Assembly (NCBI GenBank): GCA_963715335.1
Contig: CAVQRZ010000041.1
Span: 1-43,836 of the forward strand
Direction: 5' to 3'
Source of the DNA: an uncultured delta proteobacterium
GTDB lineage: Bacteria; Desulfobacterota; Desulfuromonadia; Desulfuromonadales; BM103
Length of the DNA: 43,836 nucleotides
Part shown: piece by piece, positions 35,793-43,836 of the stretch
Position numbering within the stretch: position 1 is the first letter of the stretch
How the letters are laid out: every line of letters begins with the position of its first letter
Made by a program: the position numbers and the translations under genes
Notes under the pieces: generated by a model
What the model was told of the DNA's origin: nothing
The model's database searches: none
The model's input: only the letters and a program-made list of their open reading frames with translations

Positions 35793-37121
35793 TTACAGCT
35801 CTTTTATCTGCCTGCGCTGGCGCAAACTTTTCACTTTGCGGGCGGCGGTCGGCTGGCTCAGGCCAAAGTGCGTCGCAATCTTGCGGGTTGTCCCGTATTC
35901 TTTTAATGCCCGGATCAGCAGCGAATCTTCATATTCCTGAATCAGCTCGATCAGGGTTTTGCTCTCGGCGGTCTCAACAGCGGAGCGGCGGTCAATTGGC
36001 CCCAGCGAGTTGATCTCGCTAACGGTCGAAGTCACGATCATCCGTTCGACAACGTTTTCCAATTCCCGGATATTGCCTTTCCATGGCAGTGACATCATCT
36101 TCTCGATCAACCTCTCGGAGAAACGCCTGTAGCTGTTGTAGCGCCGGTTGTAATGATCGGTGAAATACCGGATCAGGAGCGGGATGTCCTCCCGGCGCTC
36201 ACGTAGCGGCGGGATCTGCACCGGCACGACATTGAGACGATAATAGAGGTCCTCCCGGAAACGGCCAAGGCTGACCTGTGCAGACAGATCACGGTTGGTT
36301 GCGGCGATGATCCTGACATCAACAGACTGCTCCCCTCGACCGCCGATCTTGTGGAACGTTTTGTCCTGGATCACGCCAAGCAGTTTCGACTGCAGGTGAA
36401 GGGGTATCTCGGTGATTTCATCAAGGAAGATCGTGCCCCCGTCAGCCTGCTCGAACAGGCCCGCCTTGCCTTTCCGGTCGGCGCCGGTAAAGGCCCCTGA
36501 TTCGTAGCCGAACAGTTCTGCCTCGATTAAGGTTTCGGGGATAGCAGCGCAGTTGATTTGCAGAAGCGGCTTGTGTCTGCGTTCGCTGGCGCGGTGAATC
36601 ACCTTTGCCAGCAGGCTTTTGCCGACTCCCGATTCCCCGGTCAGGAGTATGGTTGAATCGGTCCCAGCGACCCTGAGTGCAAGGTCAATGACATCGCTCA
36701 TGTTCTGGCTGCAGGTGACGATATCCTCTTCGTTCAGCATCTGGGTGCGAGCCGTATCGGCATCAATTTTCTTGCTGTACTGGACAACCGTCAGATCCCA
36801 GATCGTGTTGATAATGTAACGGATGCCACCCTGTTCGTCGAACACCGGGCGCCCCTTCACCAGCAATTTACGGCCGGTCCGGGTCGAATAGGTTGCAGTC
36901 ACCGGCATTTTCTTTTCGATGACCAAAAGGCTTGCCGAGCCGGAAAAGTAATTGTCCGGGCCGACCAGGTCATAAAGTGAGCGGCCAACCAGTTCATCGT
37001 TGGTAAAGCCGGACATCTCCTCGAAGGTTTTATTGACCCGTACGGTCACACCTCTGCCGTCAACGATATAGATGCCGTTGGCGACATTGTCGAATATGAT
37101 TTCCAGCAGTTCTTGATCCAT
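35793..37121 (-). CDS. sigma54-dependent transcriptional activator (PAS, AAA+, HTH)
   Basis: N-terminal PAS, GESGVGKS, ELFGYESGAFTGA, FLDEI, RIIAATN, FREDLYYRLNV, W.GNIREL.N. Confidence 0.93.
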   Translation of the reverse strand: MDQELLEIIFDNVANGIYIVDGRGVTVRVNKTFEEMSGFTNDELVGRSLYDLVGPDNYFSGSASLLVIEKKMPVTATYSTRTGRKLLVKGRPVFDEQGGIRYIINTIWDLTVVQYSKKIDADTARTQMLNEEDIVTCSQNMSDVIDLALRVAGTDSTILLTGESGVGKSLLAKVIHRASERRHKPLLQINCAAIPETLIEAELFGYESGAFTGADRKGKAGLFEQADGGTIFLDEITEIPLHLQSKLLGVIQDKTFHKIGGRGEQSVDVRIIAATNRDLSAQVSLGRFREDLYYRLNVVPVQIPPLRERREDIPLLIRYFTDHYNRRYNSYRRFSERLIEKMMSLPWKGNIRELENVVERMIVTSTVSEINSLGPIDRRSAVETAESKTLIELIQEYEDSLLIRALKEYGTTRKIATHFGLSQPTAARKVKSLRQRRQIKEL

Positions 37122-37130
37122 GACAGTCCG

Positions 37131-37889
37131 CTAACAGGCGGTCCAGCCGCAATCGATGGTGAAGTCGGTGCCGGTCATGCAGCGGGCAGAATCCGAACAG
37201 ATGTAGAGTACGGCATCACCTATTTCGCTCGGCTCGATCATCTTCTTGACGGCGGCTTTCTTCAGCATGATCGTTTCGATGACGTCGTCTCTCGGGATGC
37301 CGTGGGTTTTCGCCTGGGCGTCGATCTGGTTGTCAACCAGGGGGGTGCGGACGTATGCCGGGCAGATGGCGTTGACCGTGATCCCGTGCGGCCCGCCTTC
37401 CAGAGCGGCGGTCTTGGTCAAACCCATCATGCCGTGTTTGGCGCTGATGTAGGCCGACTTGAATTCCGAGGCACGCAGGCCGTGGACCGAACTGATATTG
37501 ACAATGCGCCCCCAGCCCTTTGCCTTCATGTGCGGCCAGCAATATTTAATCAGCAGGAACGGCGCTGTCAGCATCAGCGCTATGATGAAATTCCATTTTT
37601 CTTCCGGGAACTCTTCGATCGGACTGACGTGTTGGATGCCGGCATTGTTGACCAGGACGTCGACAGAGCCGAACCTTCCCACTGCATCAGCGACCAGGGC
37701 TTTGCAGGCCGATGCGTCGGTCAGGTCGACTTTGACGAAATGTCCACCGATTCGGTTGGCCTGTTGGCCGCCGATCTCGGCATTGACATCGGCCATCACG
37801 ACCTGGTAGCCGGCATTGGCCAGGCTCTCAGCAACTGCCAGACCGATACCGCTGGCGGCGCCGGTAACAAGTGCAACTCGTTTCTCCAT
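37131..37889 (-). CDS. bdhA: D-3-hydroxybutyrate dehydrogenase (SDR)
   Basis: TGAASGIG, NNAGIQHV.PIEEFP.EKW, SSVHGL.AS.FKSAY.SAKHG, ICP.YVRTPLV..QI. Confidence 0.92.
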   Translation of the reverse strand: MEKRVALVTGAASGIGLAVAESLANAGYQVVMADVNAEIGGQQANRIGGHFVKVDLTDASACKALVADAVGRFGSVDVLVNNAGIQHVSPIEEFPEEKWNFIIALMLTAPFLLIKYCWPHMKAKGWGRIVNISSVHGLRASEFKSAYISAKHGMMGLTKTAALEGGPHGITVNAICPAYVRTPLVDNQIDAQAKTHGIPRDDVIETIMLKKAAVKKMIEPSEIGDAVLYICSDSARCMTGTDFTIDCGWTAC

Positions 37890-37910
37890 GCTCATCTCCT
37901 TGATTCCGTT

Positions 37911-39278
37911 TCAGGCGCCTTTGAGCTTCGGCGCGATTTCAAAAACGCAGCCGGTCGCCGCGCGGATTTCATCGAGTGAAGAAAATGGTGACACCTCGAG
38001 GAGGGTCATCCCTTGCTCGGCGCTAATGCTGAAAACCCCTTTGTCGGTGACCAGCAGGTCGACAACGTTCTGACCGGTAATCGGCAGGTCGCACTGCTCG
38101 AGGACTTTCGGGCTGCCATCCTTGGCATTGTGCTCCATCATCACGACCACTTTTTTAACCCCTGACACCAAATCCATGGCGCCACCGGGCCCTTTGACCA
38201 TCTTGCCCGGGATCATCCAGTTGGCCAGATCGCCGAAACGGTTGACCTGCATGCCGCCGAGCACGGACAGGTCGACATGGCCACCGCGAATCATGGCAAA
38301 CGATTCGGACGAGTCGAAAAAGCTTGCGCCCGGAATCGTGGTGATGGTCTGCTTGCCGGCGTTAATCAGGTCGGCATCGACCTGGCCTTCAGTTGGGAAT
38401 GGGCCGATGCCGAGCAGGCCGTTCTCCGATTGCAGGGTGATATTGATCCCTGCGGGGATGAAGTTGGCTACCAGGGTCGGCATGCCGATACCGAGGTTAA
38501 CATAGTCGCCGTCAGACAGCTCCTGAGCAACCCTTTTCGCCATCCATTCGCGGGTCTCGTTGAAGCCCTTGGCCGAGATGCCTGCCCCGGATACGGTGCG
38601 CTGCTCGATCGGCTTCTCATAGTCCATGCCGAGCACCAGGCGGTCGACGTAGATCCCCGGGACGTGGACGTGATGAGGGTCGATCTCACCGATTTCGACG
38701 ATCTCTTCGACTTCAGCTACGGTGATCCGACCCGCCTTGGCACAGGAGACATTGAAGTTGTTGGCTGTTTTGCGCAGAATCAGGTTGCCGGCCTTGTCGG
38801 CCTTCCAGGCTTTGACGATTGCAAGGTCGGTGGTGATGCTTTCCTCCAGGACGTAGGGAATGCCATTGTATTCCTTGACGTCTTTCCCTTCGGTCAGGAC
38901 CGTGCCGACGCCGGTCCTGGTAAAAAACGCCGGAATTCCGGCTCCGCCGGCGCGCATTTTCTCAGCCAGGGTCCCCTGCGGAGTCAGCTCGAGTTCCAGT
39001 TCGCCGCTCAAGTACTGCTGTTCAAAAAGGGCATTTTCGCCAACATAGGAAGAAATCATTTTTTTGACCTGGCGGGTTTGCAGCAAAAGGCCAAGACCGA
39101 AATTATCAACCCCGGCGTTGTTACTGACGACCGTCAATCCTTTCGTGCCGGCTTCGCGCAGGGCCAGGATCAGTTTCTCGGGGATACCGCAGAGGCCGAA
39201 ACCTCCCGCAGCGATGGTCATGTTATCGTGGAGCAGGCCCTCAAGGGCTTTTGCTGCGTCGGTGTAGATTGGTTTCAT
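37911..39278 (-). CDS. 3-oxoacid CoA-transferase, alpha and beta subunits fused (ScoA-ScoB, SCOT-like)
   Basis: [35 protein letters not shown] (alpha) followed in frame by [30 protein letters not shown] (beta). Confidence 0.93.
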   Translation of the reverse strand: MKPIYTDAAKALEGLLHDNMTIAAGGFGLCGIPEKLILALREAGTKGLTVVSNNAGVDNFGLGLLLQTRQVKKMISSYVGENALFEQQYLSGELELELTPQGTLAEKMRAGGAGIPAFFTRTGVGTVLTEGKDVKEYNGIPYVLEESITTDLAIVKAWKADKAGNLILRKTANNFNVSCAKAGRITVAEVEEIVEIGEIDPHHVHVPGIYVDRLVLGMDYEKPIEQRTVSGAGISAKGFNETREWMAKRVAQELSDGDYVNLGIGMPTLVANFIPAGINITLQSENGLLGIGPFPTEGQVDADLINAGKQTITTIPGASFFDSSESFAMIRGGHVDLSVLGGMQVNRFGDLANWMIPGKMVKGPGGAMDLVSGVKKVVVMMEHNAKDGSPKVLEQCDLPITGQNVVDLLVTDKGVFSISAEQGMTLLEVSPFSSLDEIRAATGCVFEIAPKLKGA

Positions 39279-39301
39279 GTTCTCTCCTTGGGTCCAATGT
39301 C

Positions 39302-40477
39302 TCAGACGGTTTCAAACAGGGCGGCGACGGCTTCACCGCCGCCGATACATAGAGTGGCAACTCCGTAGCGGACGTTGCGCTGTTTCAGTTCGCGGACCAA
39401 GGTTGCAGCCAGCCGGCCGCCGCTTGCGCCGATCGGGTGTCCGATCGACACGGCGCCGCCATTGACGTTGACCTTGTCTGGGTCGAGCTGGAGTTGCTTG
39501 ATTGCGACCAGCGGTACGGCAGCAAAGGCCTCGTTGATTTCAAACAGGTCGATGTCGTGTAATTGCAGCCCTGCCTTGTCAACGACTTTACGAATGGCCT
39601 CAACCGGCGCCTCGGCAAAATTGTTCGGCGCGATACTGTGGGTTGCAGAGGCGACAATCCTGGCGATGGGGTTCAGACCGTGCTGTTTCACCGCCGCGTG
39701 CCCTGCTACCAGCACCATGGCGGCTCCGTCGTTAATGCTCGACGCGTTGCCGGCCGTGATGGTTCCATCCTTTTTAAAGACCGGTCGCAGCGAAGCAAGC
39801 TTGTCAATGTTGCCCTTGCCCGGTTCTTCATCGATCTCCACGACCACGTCTCCCTTGCGGCCTCTGACCGTGACCGGCACCAGTTCGTCGGCAAAGGTGC
39901 CATTGGCCAGCGCAGAGAGGGAGAGTTGATAGGAGCGAGTGGCATACTCATCCTGGCCGCCCCTGCCGACCTGGTGTCGTTCTATCCACGCTTCGGTAAT
40001 GTCACCCATATGGTTGGCGGTGTCAGGGTCGAGCAGGCCGTCGACCAGCAGCATATCAAGTATCTGTCCGTGCCCCATACGCTGGCCGAAGCGAGCGGAC
40101 GGGAGCAGGTAAGGCGCCAGGGACATGTTTTCCATGCCGCCGGCCATGACCATGTCGGAATTTCCCAAACGGATCGAGTCTGCAGCGAGCATGATCGATT
40201 TCAGGCCGCTGCCGCAGACCTTGTTGACCGTCATGGCATGGGCCTTGTCCGGAATACCGGCCATGCGCATAGCCTGGCGGGCCGGGGCCTGTCCAACGCC
40301 ACCCTGGAGGACCTGGCCGATAATTACTTCGTTGATCGTTTCGGCTGGCAGTCCGGTCTCTGCCAGAATAAACTGGATAACCTGCGCGGCGAGCTGGGGG
40401 GCTGGCATGGTCGCGAGGACGCCGCCGAAGGAGCCGAAAGGGGTGCGACGCGCAGAAACTACGAAAACGTCCGACAT
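39302..40477 (-). CDS. Acetyl-CoA acetyltransferase (thiolase)
   Basis: [58 protein letters not shown]. Confidence 0.95.
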   Translation of the reverse strand: MSDVFVVSARRTPFGSFGGVLATMPAPQLAAQVIQFILAETGLPAETINEVIIGQVLQGGVGQAPARQAMRMAGIPDKAHAMTVNKVCGSGLKSIMLAADSIRLGNSDMVMAGGMENMSLAPYLLPSARFGQRMGHGQILDMLLVDGLLDPDTANHMGDITEAWIERHQVGRGGQDEYATRSYQLSLSALANGTFADELVPVTVRGRKGDVVVEIDEEPGKGNIDKLASLRPVFKKDGTITAGNASSINDGAAMVLVAGHAAVKQHGLNPIARIVASATHSIAPNNFAEAPVEAIRKVVDKAGLQLHDIDLFEINEAFAAVPLVAIKQLQLDPDKVNVNGGAVSIGHPIGASGGRLAATLVRELKQRNVRYGVATLCIGGGEAVAALFETV

Positions 40478-40519
40478 AAGGACCTCCTGAAATTATTGAT
40501 CGACAGTAAGGAGCAGGAC

Positions 40520-40534
40520 GCAAGTCCCGTACCA
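40520..40534 (-). promoter_or_regulatory. sigma54 (-24/-12) promoter of the thiolase operon
   Basis: Minus strand TGGTACGGGACTTGC: GG-N10-GC, one mismatch to TGGCACG-N4-TTGC. Confidence 0.8.
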
Positions 40535-40599
40535 AGGGCGGAAAACATGGTAGAATGGGAACCTTGGCGTCTGCGTGAACGTCCCGGCGCAGGAGGGGC

Positions 40600-40704
40600 G
40601 AATCACAATTGAATCATCATTTGTTCAGTTGTCAAACCGCTCCTCCTGAAATACCGCAAACACCCGTTGATTCATGTATGGCTCACAAGATTCACATATG
40701 AATC
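40600..40704. promoter_or_regulatory. Putative upstream activator (enhancer) sites, GAwTCA-N4-TGAATC type
   Basis: GAATCA-CAAT-TGAATC (40600-40615), GATTCA-TGTA-TGGCTC (40669-40684), GATTCA-CATA-TGAATC (40689-40704). Confidence 0.65.
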
Positions 40705-40751
40705 AAAGCGCGCTGATTGAATCAATAATAAAATAGCGTTTGTTTTATTCC

Positions 40752-40799
40752 TTGACAGACTCGGGGCTAGAAGTCTACCATAAATTGGTCATACCAATA
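40752..40799 (+). promoter_or_regulatory. sigma70 promoter and GntR operator of the lut operon
   Basis: TTGACA (40752-40757), 18 nt, TACCAT (40776-40781), then AATTGGTCATACCAATA (40783-40799). Confidence 0.82.
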
Positions 40800-40823
40800 A
40801 CTCGTTTTACCAAAAGGCCGAAC

Positions 40824-41369
40824 ATGCAGAATTTTATCAATGCAGCACGAAATGTCGGCGCAGACGTTCAGTCGCTTGCAAACCTGGAAGAACTCGTCTC
40901 GTACGTCAAGGATCGCATCGACGGCAGCCTGATGCTACCGCCCTGCCCAAGTCTTGTGCGCTCGGGAGTGTCCACGAAGCTTAAAGCTGCCGGCCTGGAC
41001 GTGCTTGAGCAGGATTTTCGTAGTCGGGGCGCTGCCGCGGCTGCCGGTTTGACCGGGGCGAACTTCGGCATCGCCGCGACGGGTACGATCGTCCTTGAAA
41101 GCACTGATGAGGCCGTGCGGCTTGCCACCACCCTGCCGGAAAAACATTTTGTGGTTCTCGACCCGCGTAAAATCCTGGCGACCGCCGACGAAGCCGTGCC
41201 ATTGCTCAACGATTTCCACAAGCAGTTGCCCCAGGCCTACCTGGCCTATATCACCGGACCCAGCCGGACCGCGGATATCGAGCGGGTCCTGACCATCGGC
41301 GTGCATGGCCCAGCTGAACTGCATATCCTGCTTCTGGAAGGGCTGTCGGAAGACTTGATGGAGAGATAA
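40824..41369 (+). CDS. lutC: Lactate utilization protein C (LutC/LldG, LUD domain)
   Basis: GLTGA.FGIA.TGT.V, R....LP..H, ITGPSRTADIERVLTIGVHGP. Confidence 0.92.
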   Translation: MQNFINAARNVGADVQSLANLEELVSYVKDRIDGSLMLPPCPSLVRSGVSTKLKAAGLDVLEQDFRSRGAAAAAGLTGANFGIAATGTIVLESTDEAVRLATTLPEKHFVVLDPRKILATADEAVPLLNDFHKQLPQAYLAYITGPSRTADIERVLTIGVHGPAELHILLLEGLSEDLMER

Positions 41370-41374
41370 ATTCA

Positions 41375-41457
41375 GAAGCGTGAAGCGCGAGGTGCGAGGC
41401 GAGAAAAGTTTTAAGACTTTTTACCTTTATCTTTTCACTTTTTACCAATCACTAATC
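41375..41457. repeat. Heptamer-period purine-rich / pyrimidine-rich array pair between lutC and lutB
   Basis: Left: GAAGCGT GAAGCGC GAGGTGC GAGGCGA GAAAAGT (41375-41409). Right: ACTTTTT ACCTTTA TCTTTTC ACTTTTT ACCAATC ACTAATC (41416-41457). Confidence 0.65.
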
Positions 41458-41468
41458 ACGGACTTAAC

Positions 41469-43622
41469 ATGAATAAAGCAGACCGCAGCAGACATTACCA
41501 GGACCGGGTCCGCAAGGCCATTGCGAAACCGCGCCTGCAGGATACCTTGCACCGTTTTGCAGATGCCTACGTAATTGCCCGCGAGGCGGCCTTTGCCGGG
41601 CAGGATTTCGAGGCTTTGCGTACTGCGATTGGTGAGATGAAGGACGAGGTGCGCGACAACCTGCCGCGTTACCGTGATGAGTTCATTGCCAACGCTGAAG
41701 CCGCCGGGGCGAAAGTCTATATTGCCCGGACCGCGGCGGATGCCAACAACTACATCTGTGCCCTGGCCAAAGAGCGCGGCGTTAAAACCGTGGTCAAAAG
41801 CAAGAGCATGGCGAGCGAGGAGACCCATCTCAACCAGGCCCTCAAGGCCGCCGGAGTCGAAGCTCTCGAGACCGATCTGGGCGAGTGGATCATCCAGCTG
41901 GCCGGCGAGAGACCGAGTCACATGGTGATGCCGGCGATTCATATGCTCAAGGAAGAGGTCGCCGAACTGTTCAGCAAGGTCACCGGCAAAGAAGAACCGG
42001 CCGAGATTCTGCACCTGGTGCGGCTCGCTCGTGGTCAGCTGCGTCAGGCCTACCTGGACGCCGACATGGGGATATCCGGGGCCAACGTCGCGATCGCTGA
42101 AACCGGCGGAATTGCCCTGGTGACCAACGAGGGCAACGCCCGCCTGACCACGACCCTGCCGAAAATTCATGTCGCCCTGGTCGGCATGGAGAAGCTGGTG
42201 CCGACGCTCGAAGATGCCAACCGGATCATCAACGTCCTGCCGAAGAACGCCACCGGGCAGCTGATCACTTCCTACATCACCTGGATCCGCGGCGCAGTCC
42301 CCTGTGGTGACGAGAGCAAGGAGTTGCATATCGTCCTGCTCGACAACGGCCGCTCCGCCCTGGCCGAGTCGCCGCACTGCCGCGACGCACTGCGCTGCAT
42401 CAAGTGCGGGGCCTGTGCCAACGTCTGCCCGGTCTACCAGACCGTGGGCGGCCATGTCTTTGGCCACATCTACATCAGCGCGATCGGCGTTATCCTGACA
42501 GCATTCTTCCACGGCCTCGAAAATGCCTCCGAGCTGGTCCGCGCCTGCATCGGCTGCCGCTCCTGCGTCGCGGTCTGCCCGAGCAATATCGACCTTGAGA
42601 GCATCATACTGCACCTGCGCGAAGTTATCGGCGAGGAAGAAGGCGTCGGTGCCGGCAAATCAATTGTCTTCAAGAATGTGATGCGCAACCGCAAGCTGTT
42701 CCACGGCCTGCTCCGCGCCGCCAGCGTGCTGCAGAAACCGGTGACCCGGGGTGAGCGCACCATCCGTCACCTGCCATTGTTCTTCTCGGGGTTGACCGAA
42801 TGGCGGACCTTGCCGGCAATTGCCGACAAACCTCTGCGCGACCTGTGGAAAGATCTCCCGCAAAGGGTCGAGAAACCGCGTTACCGGGTAGCCTTTTTCG
42901 CCGGCTGCCTGAACGACTTCGTCTATCCGGAGATGGGGATCGACCTGGTCAAGGTCCTCAATCATCTCGATGTCGAAGTGACCCTGCCGCTGGAGCAGAG
43001 CTGCTGTGGTGTGCCCGCCCTCTACTCGGGCGACAAGGACACCGCCGTCGCCATGGCCGAGCAGAATATCGACGCCATGCTCCGGGACGACCCCGACTTT
43101 GTCGTCACTTCCTGTCCGACCTGTACCATGGCACTGCAGCGCGACTTTATCGACCTGCTCAAAGACAACCCGGTCTGGGCCGAAAAGGCCCGGAACCTGG
43201 CCGAAATCACCATCGATATCTCCTGTTTCATCGCCGACAAGCTCGACGGCGCGGAAGCCTTTGGCAAGGCCATCAAGGCCGAGAAGGTGACCTATCATGA
43301 TTCCTGTCATCTGAAGCGCGGCGCCGGGGTCTGGGAGCAGCCCCGTCGATTGATTGCCGACTCCGGTCGAGAAGTCGTTGAAATGGCGCACAGCGATCGC
43401 TGCTGCGGTTTCGGCGGGTCCTACTCTTTTACCAGCCACGCCGACATAGCCAAGCAGATTCTGGGTGACAAGATCAAGGACATCGAAGCGAGCGGTGCGG
43501 CCTGCGTGGCGATGGACTGTCCGGGCTGCATGATGCAGATTCAGGGCGGGCTGCAGAAGCAGGAAAAGAACGTCAGGGTCAAGCACACCATCGAGCTTCT
43601 GGCAGAGAACCTCGACGATTAA
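41469..43622 (+). CDS. lutB: L-lactate dehydrogenase large subunit, LutB-LutA (LldF-LldE) fusion
   Basis: KSKSM.SEE, ETDLGEWI.QL...PSH...PAIH, NEGN, LDNGR, CIKCGACANVCP, CIGCRSCVAVCP, then two CCG domains. Confidence 0.92.
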   Translation: MNKADRSRHYQDRVRKAIAKPRLQDTLHRFADAYVIAREAAFAGQDFEALRTAIGEMKDEVRDNLPRYRDEFIANAEAAGAKVYIARTAADANNYICALAKERGVKTVVKSKSMASEETHLNQALKAAGVEALETDLGEWIIQLAGERPSHMVMPAIHMLKEEVAELFSKVTGKEEPAEILHLVRLARGQLRQAYLDADMGISGANVAIAETGGIALVTNEGNARLTTTLPKIHVALVGMEKLVPTLEDANRIINVLPKNATGQLITSYITWIRGAVPCGDESKELHIVLLDNGRSALAESPHCRDALRCIKCGACANVCPVYQTVGGHVFGHIYISAIGVILTAFFHGLENASELVRACIGCRSCVAVCPSNIDLESIILHLREVIGEEEGVGAGKSIVFKNVMRNRKLFHGLLRAASVLQKPVTRGERTIRHLPLFFSGLTEWRTLPAIADKPLRDLWKDLPQRVEKPRYRVAFFAGCLNDFVYPEMGIDLVKVLNHLDVEVTLPLEQSCCGVPALYSGDKDTAVAMAEQNIDAMLRDDPDFVVTSCPTCTMALQRDFIDLLKDNPVWAEKARNLAEITIDISCFIADKLDGAEAFGKAIKAEKVTYHDSCHLKRGAGVWEQPRRLIADSGREVVEMAHSDRCCGFGGSYSFTSHADIAKQILGDKIKDIEASGAACVAMDCPGCMMQIQGGLQKQEKNVRVKHTIELLAENLDD

Positions 43623-43649
43623 CAGCCCACCTTGATAAGCAATTGCACA

Positions 43650-43692
43650 GGGGCACTTCCGGGAAACTTCCCGCAAGTGCCCCGCTTTATTT
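43650..43692 (+). terminator. Intrinsic terminator after the lut operon
   Basis: GGGGCACTT-C-CGGGAA-AC-TTCCCG-C-AAGTGCCCC followed by GCTTTATTT. Confidence 0.75.
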
Positions 43693-43718
43693 CGGACTTA
43701 TAACCTAAAAAACAATTG

Positions 43719-43836
43719 GCCGCCAAGACTCCAAGACACGAAGACAAGACAACCGAATCTGGGCGGGAATCGATTCAAAATTCGCTTTATAGCTCATAGA
43801 TAACTGATTCTCTTGGTGTCTTCGTGGCTTTGTGGC
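43719..43836. repeat. MITE/REP-like element with imperfect terminal inverted repeats built of 3 octamers
   Basis: Left: GC CGCCAAGA CTCCAAGA CACGAAGA (43719-43744). Right: TCTTGGTG TCTTCGTG GCTTTGTG GC (43811-43836), reverse complement GC CACAAAGC CACGAAGA CACCAAGA. Confidence 0.8.

Noticed and set aside
10491..43676. Long antisense ORFs (e.g. 10491-11750, 14980-16125, 34467-35477, 38277-39368, 39563-40612, 41442-42614, 42660-43676)
   Set aside because: Typical stop-poor shadows of real genes in GC-rich DNA; no domains recognised.

Overview
Gene-dense, GC-rich chromosomal window. Gene content and order point to a Desulfuromonadales/Geobacter-like deltaproteobacterium (inference). The left half (1-23 kb) is mostly housekeeping: a cupin, murB, hflKC, an HI0933 flavoprotein, a short ribosomal protein S1 paralog, trkAH, a small HNH protein, a glycogen/sugar-nucleotide operon (receiver, NTP-transferase/phosphomutase-fold fusion, galT-like, GH13 alpha-amylase, glgA), a TIGR01212 radical SAM enzyme and a cytochrome b5-like protein. 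The right half (23-43.8 kb) is an organic-acid catabolism region. It holds a two-component system and a FadR/GntR repressor whose TGGT-N3-ACCA operator is visible at three promoters: its own, the TRAP dctPQM-(uspA relic)-glcDF operon, and lutC plus a lutB-lutA fusion. It also holds a sigma54-driven thiolase / fused CoA-transferase / 3-hydroxybutyrate dehydrogenase operon with a visible -24/-12 box and enhancer palindromes. The most unusual items are: (i) a FecR-domain / OmpA / CHASE2-HD-GYP cassette that looks like a trans-envelope c-di-GMP signalling module; (ii) three intergenic elements built as a purine-rich 7- or 8-mer array, a spacer and a pyrimidine-rich array; (iii) a hidden, internally deleted uspA pseudogene; (iv) a probable leaderless 39-aa membrane protein; (v) three single-base frameshifts that may be assembly errors. 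No rRNA, tRNA, CRISPR array, transposase or integrase was seen. All calls were made by eye; no database search was run.
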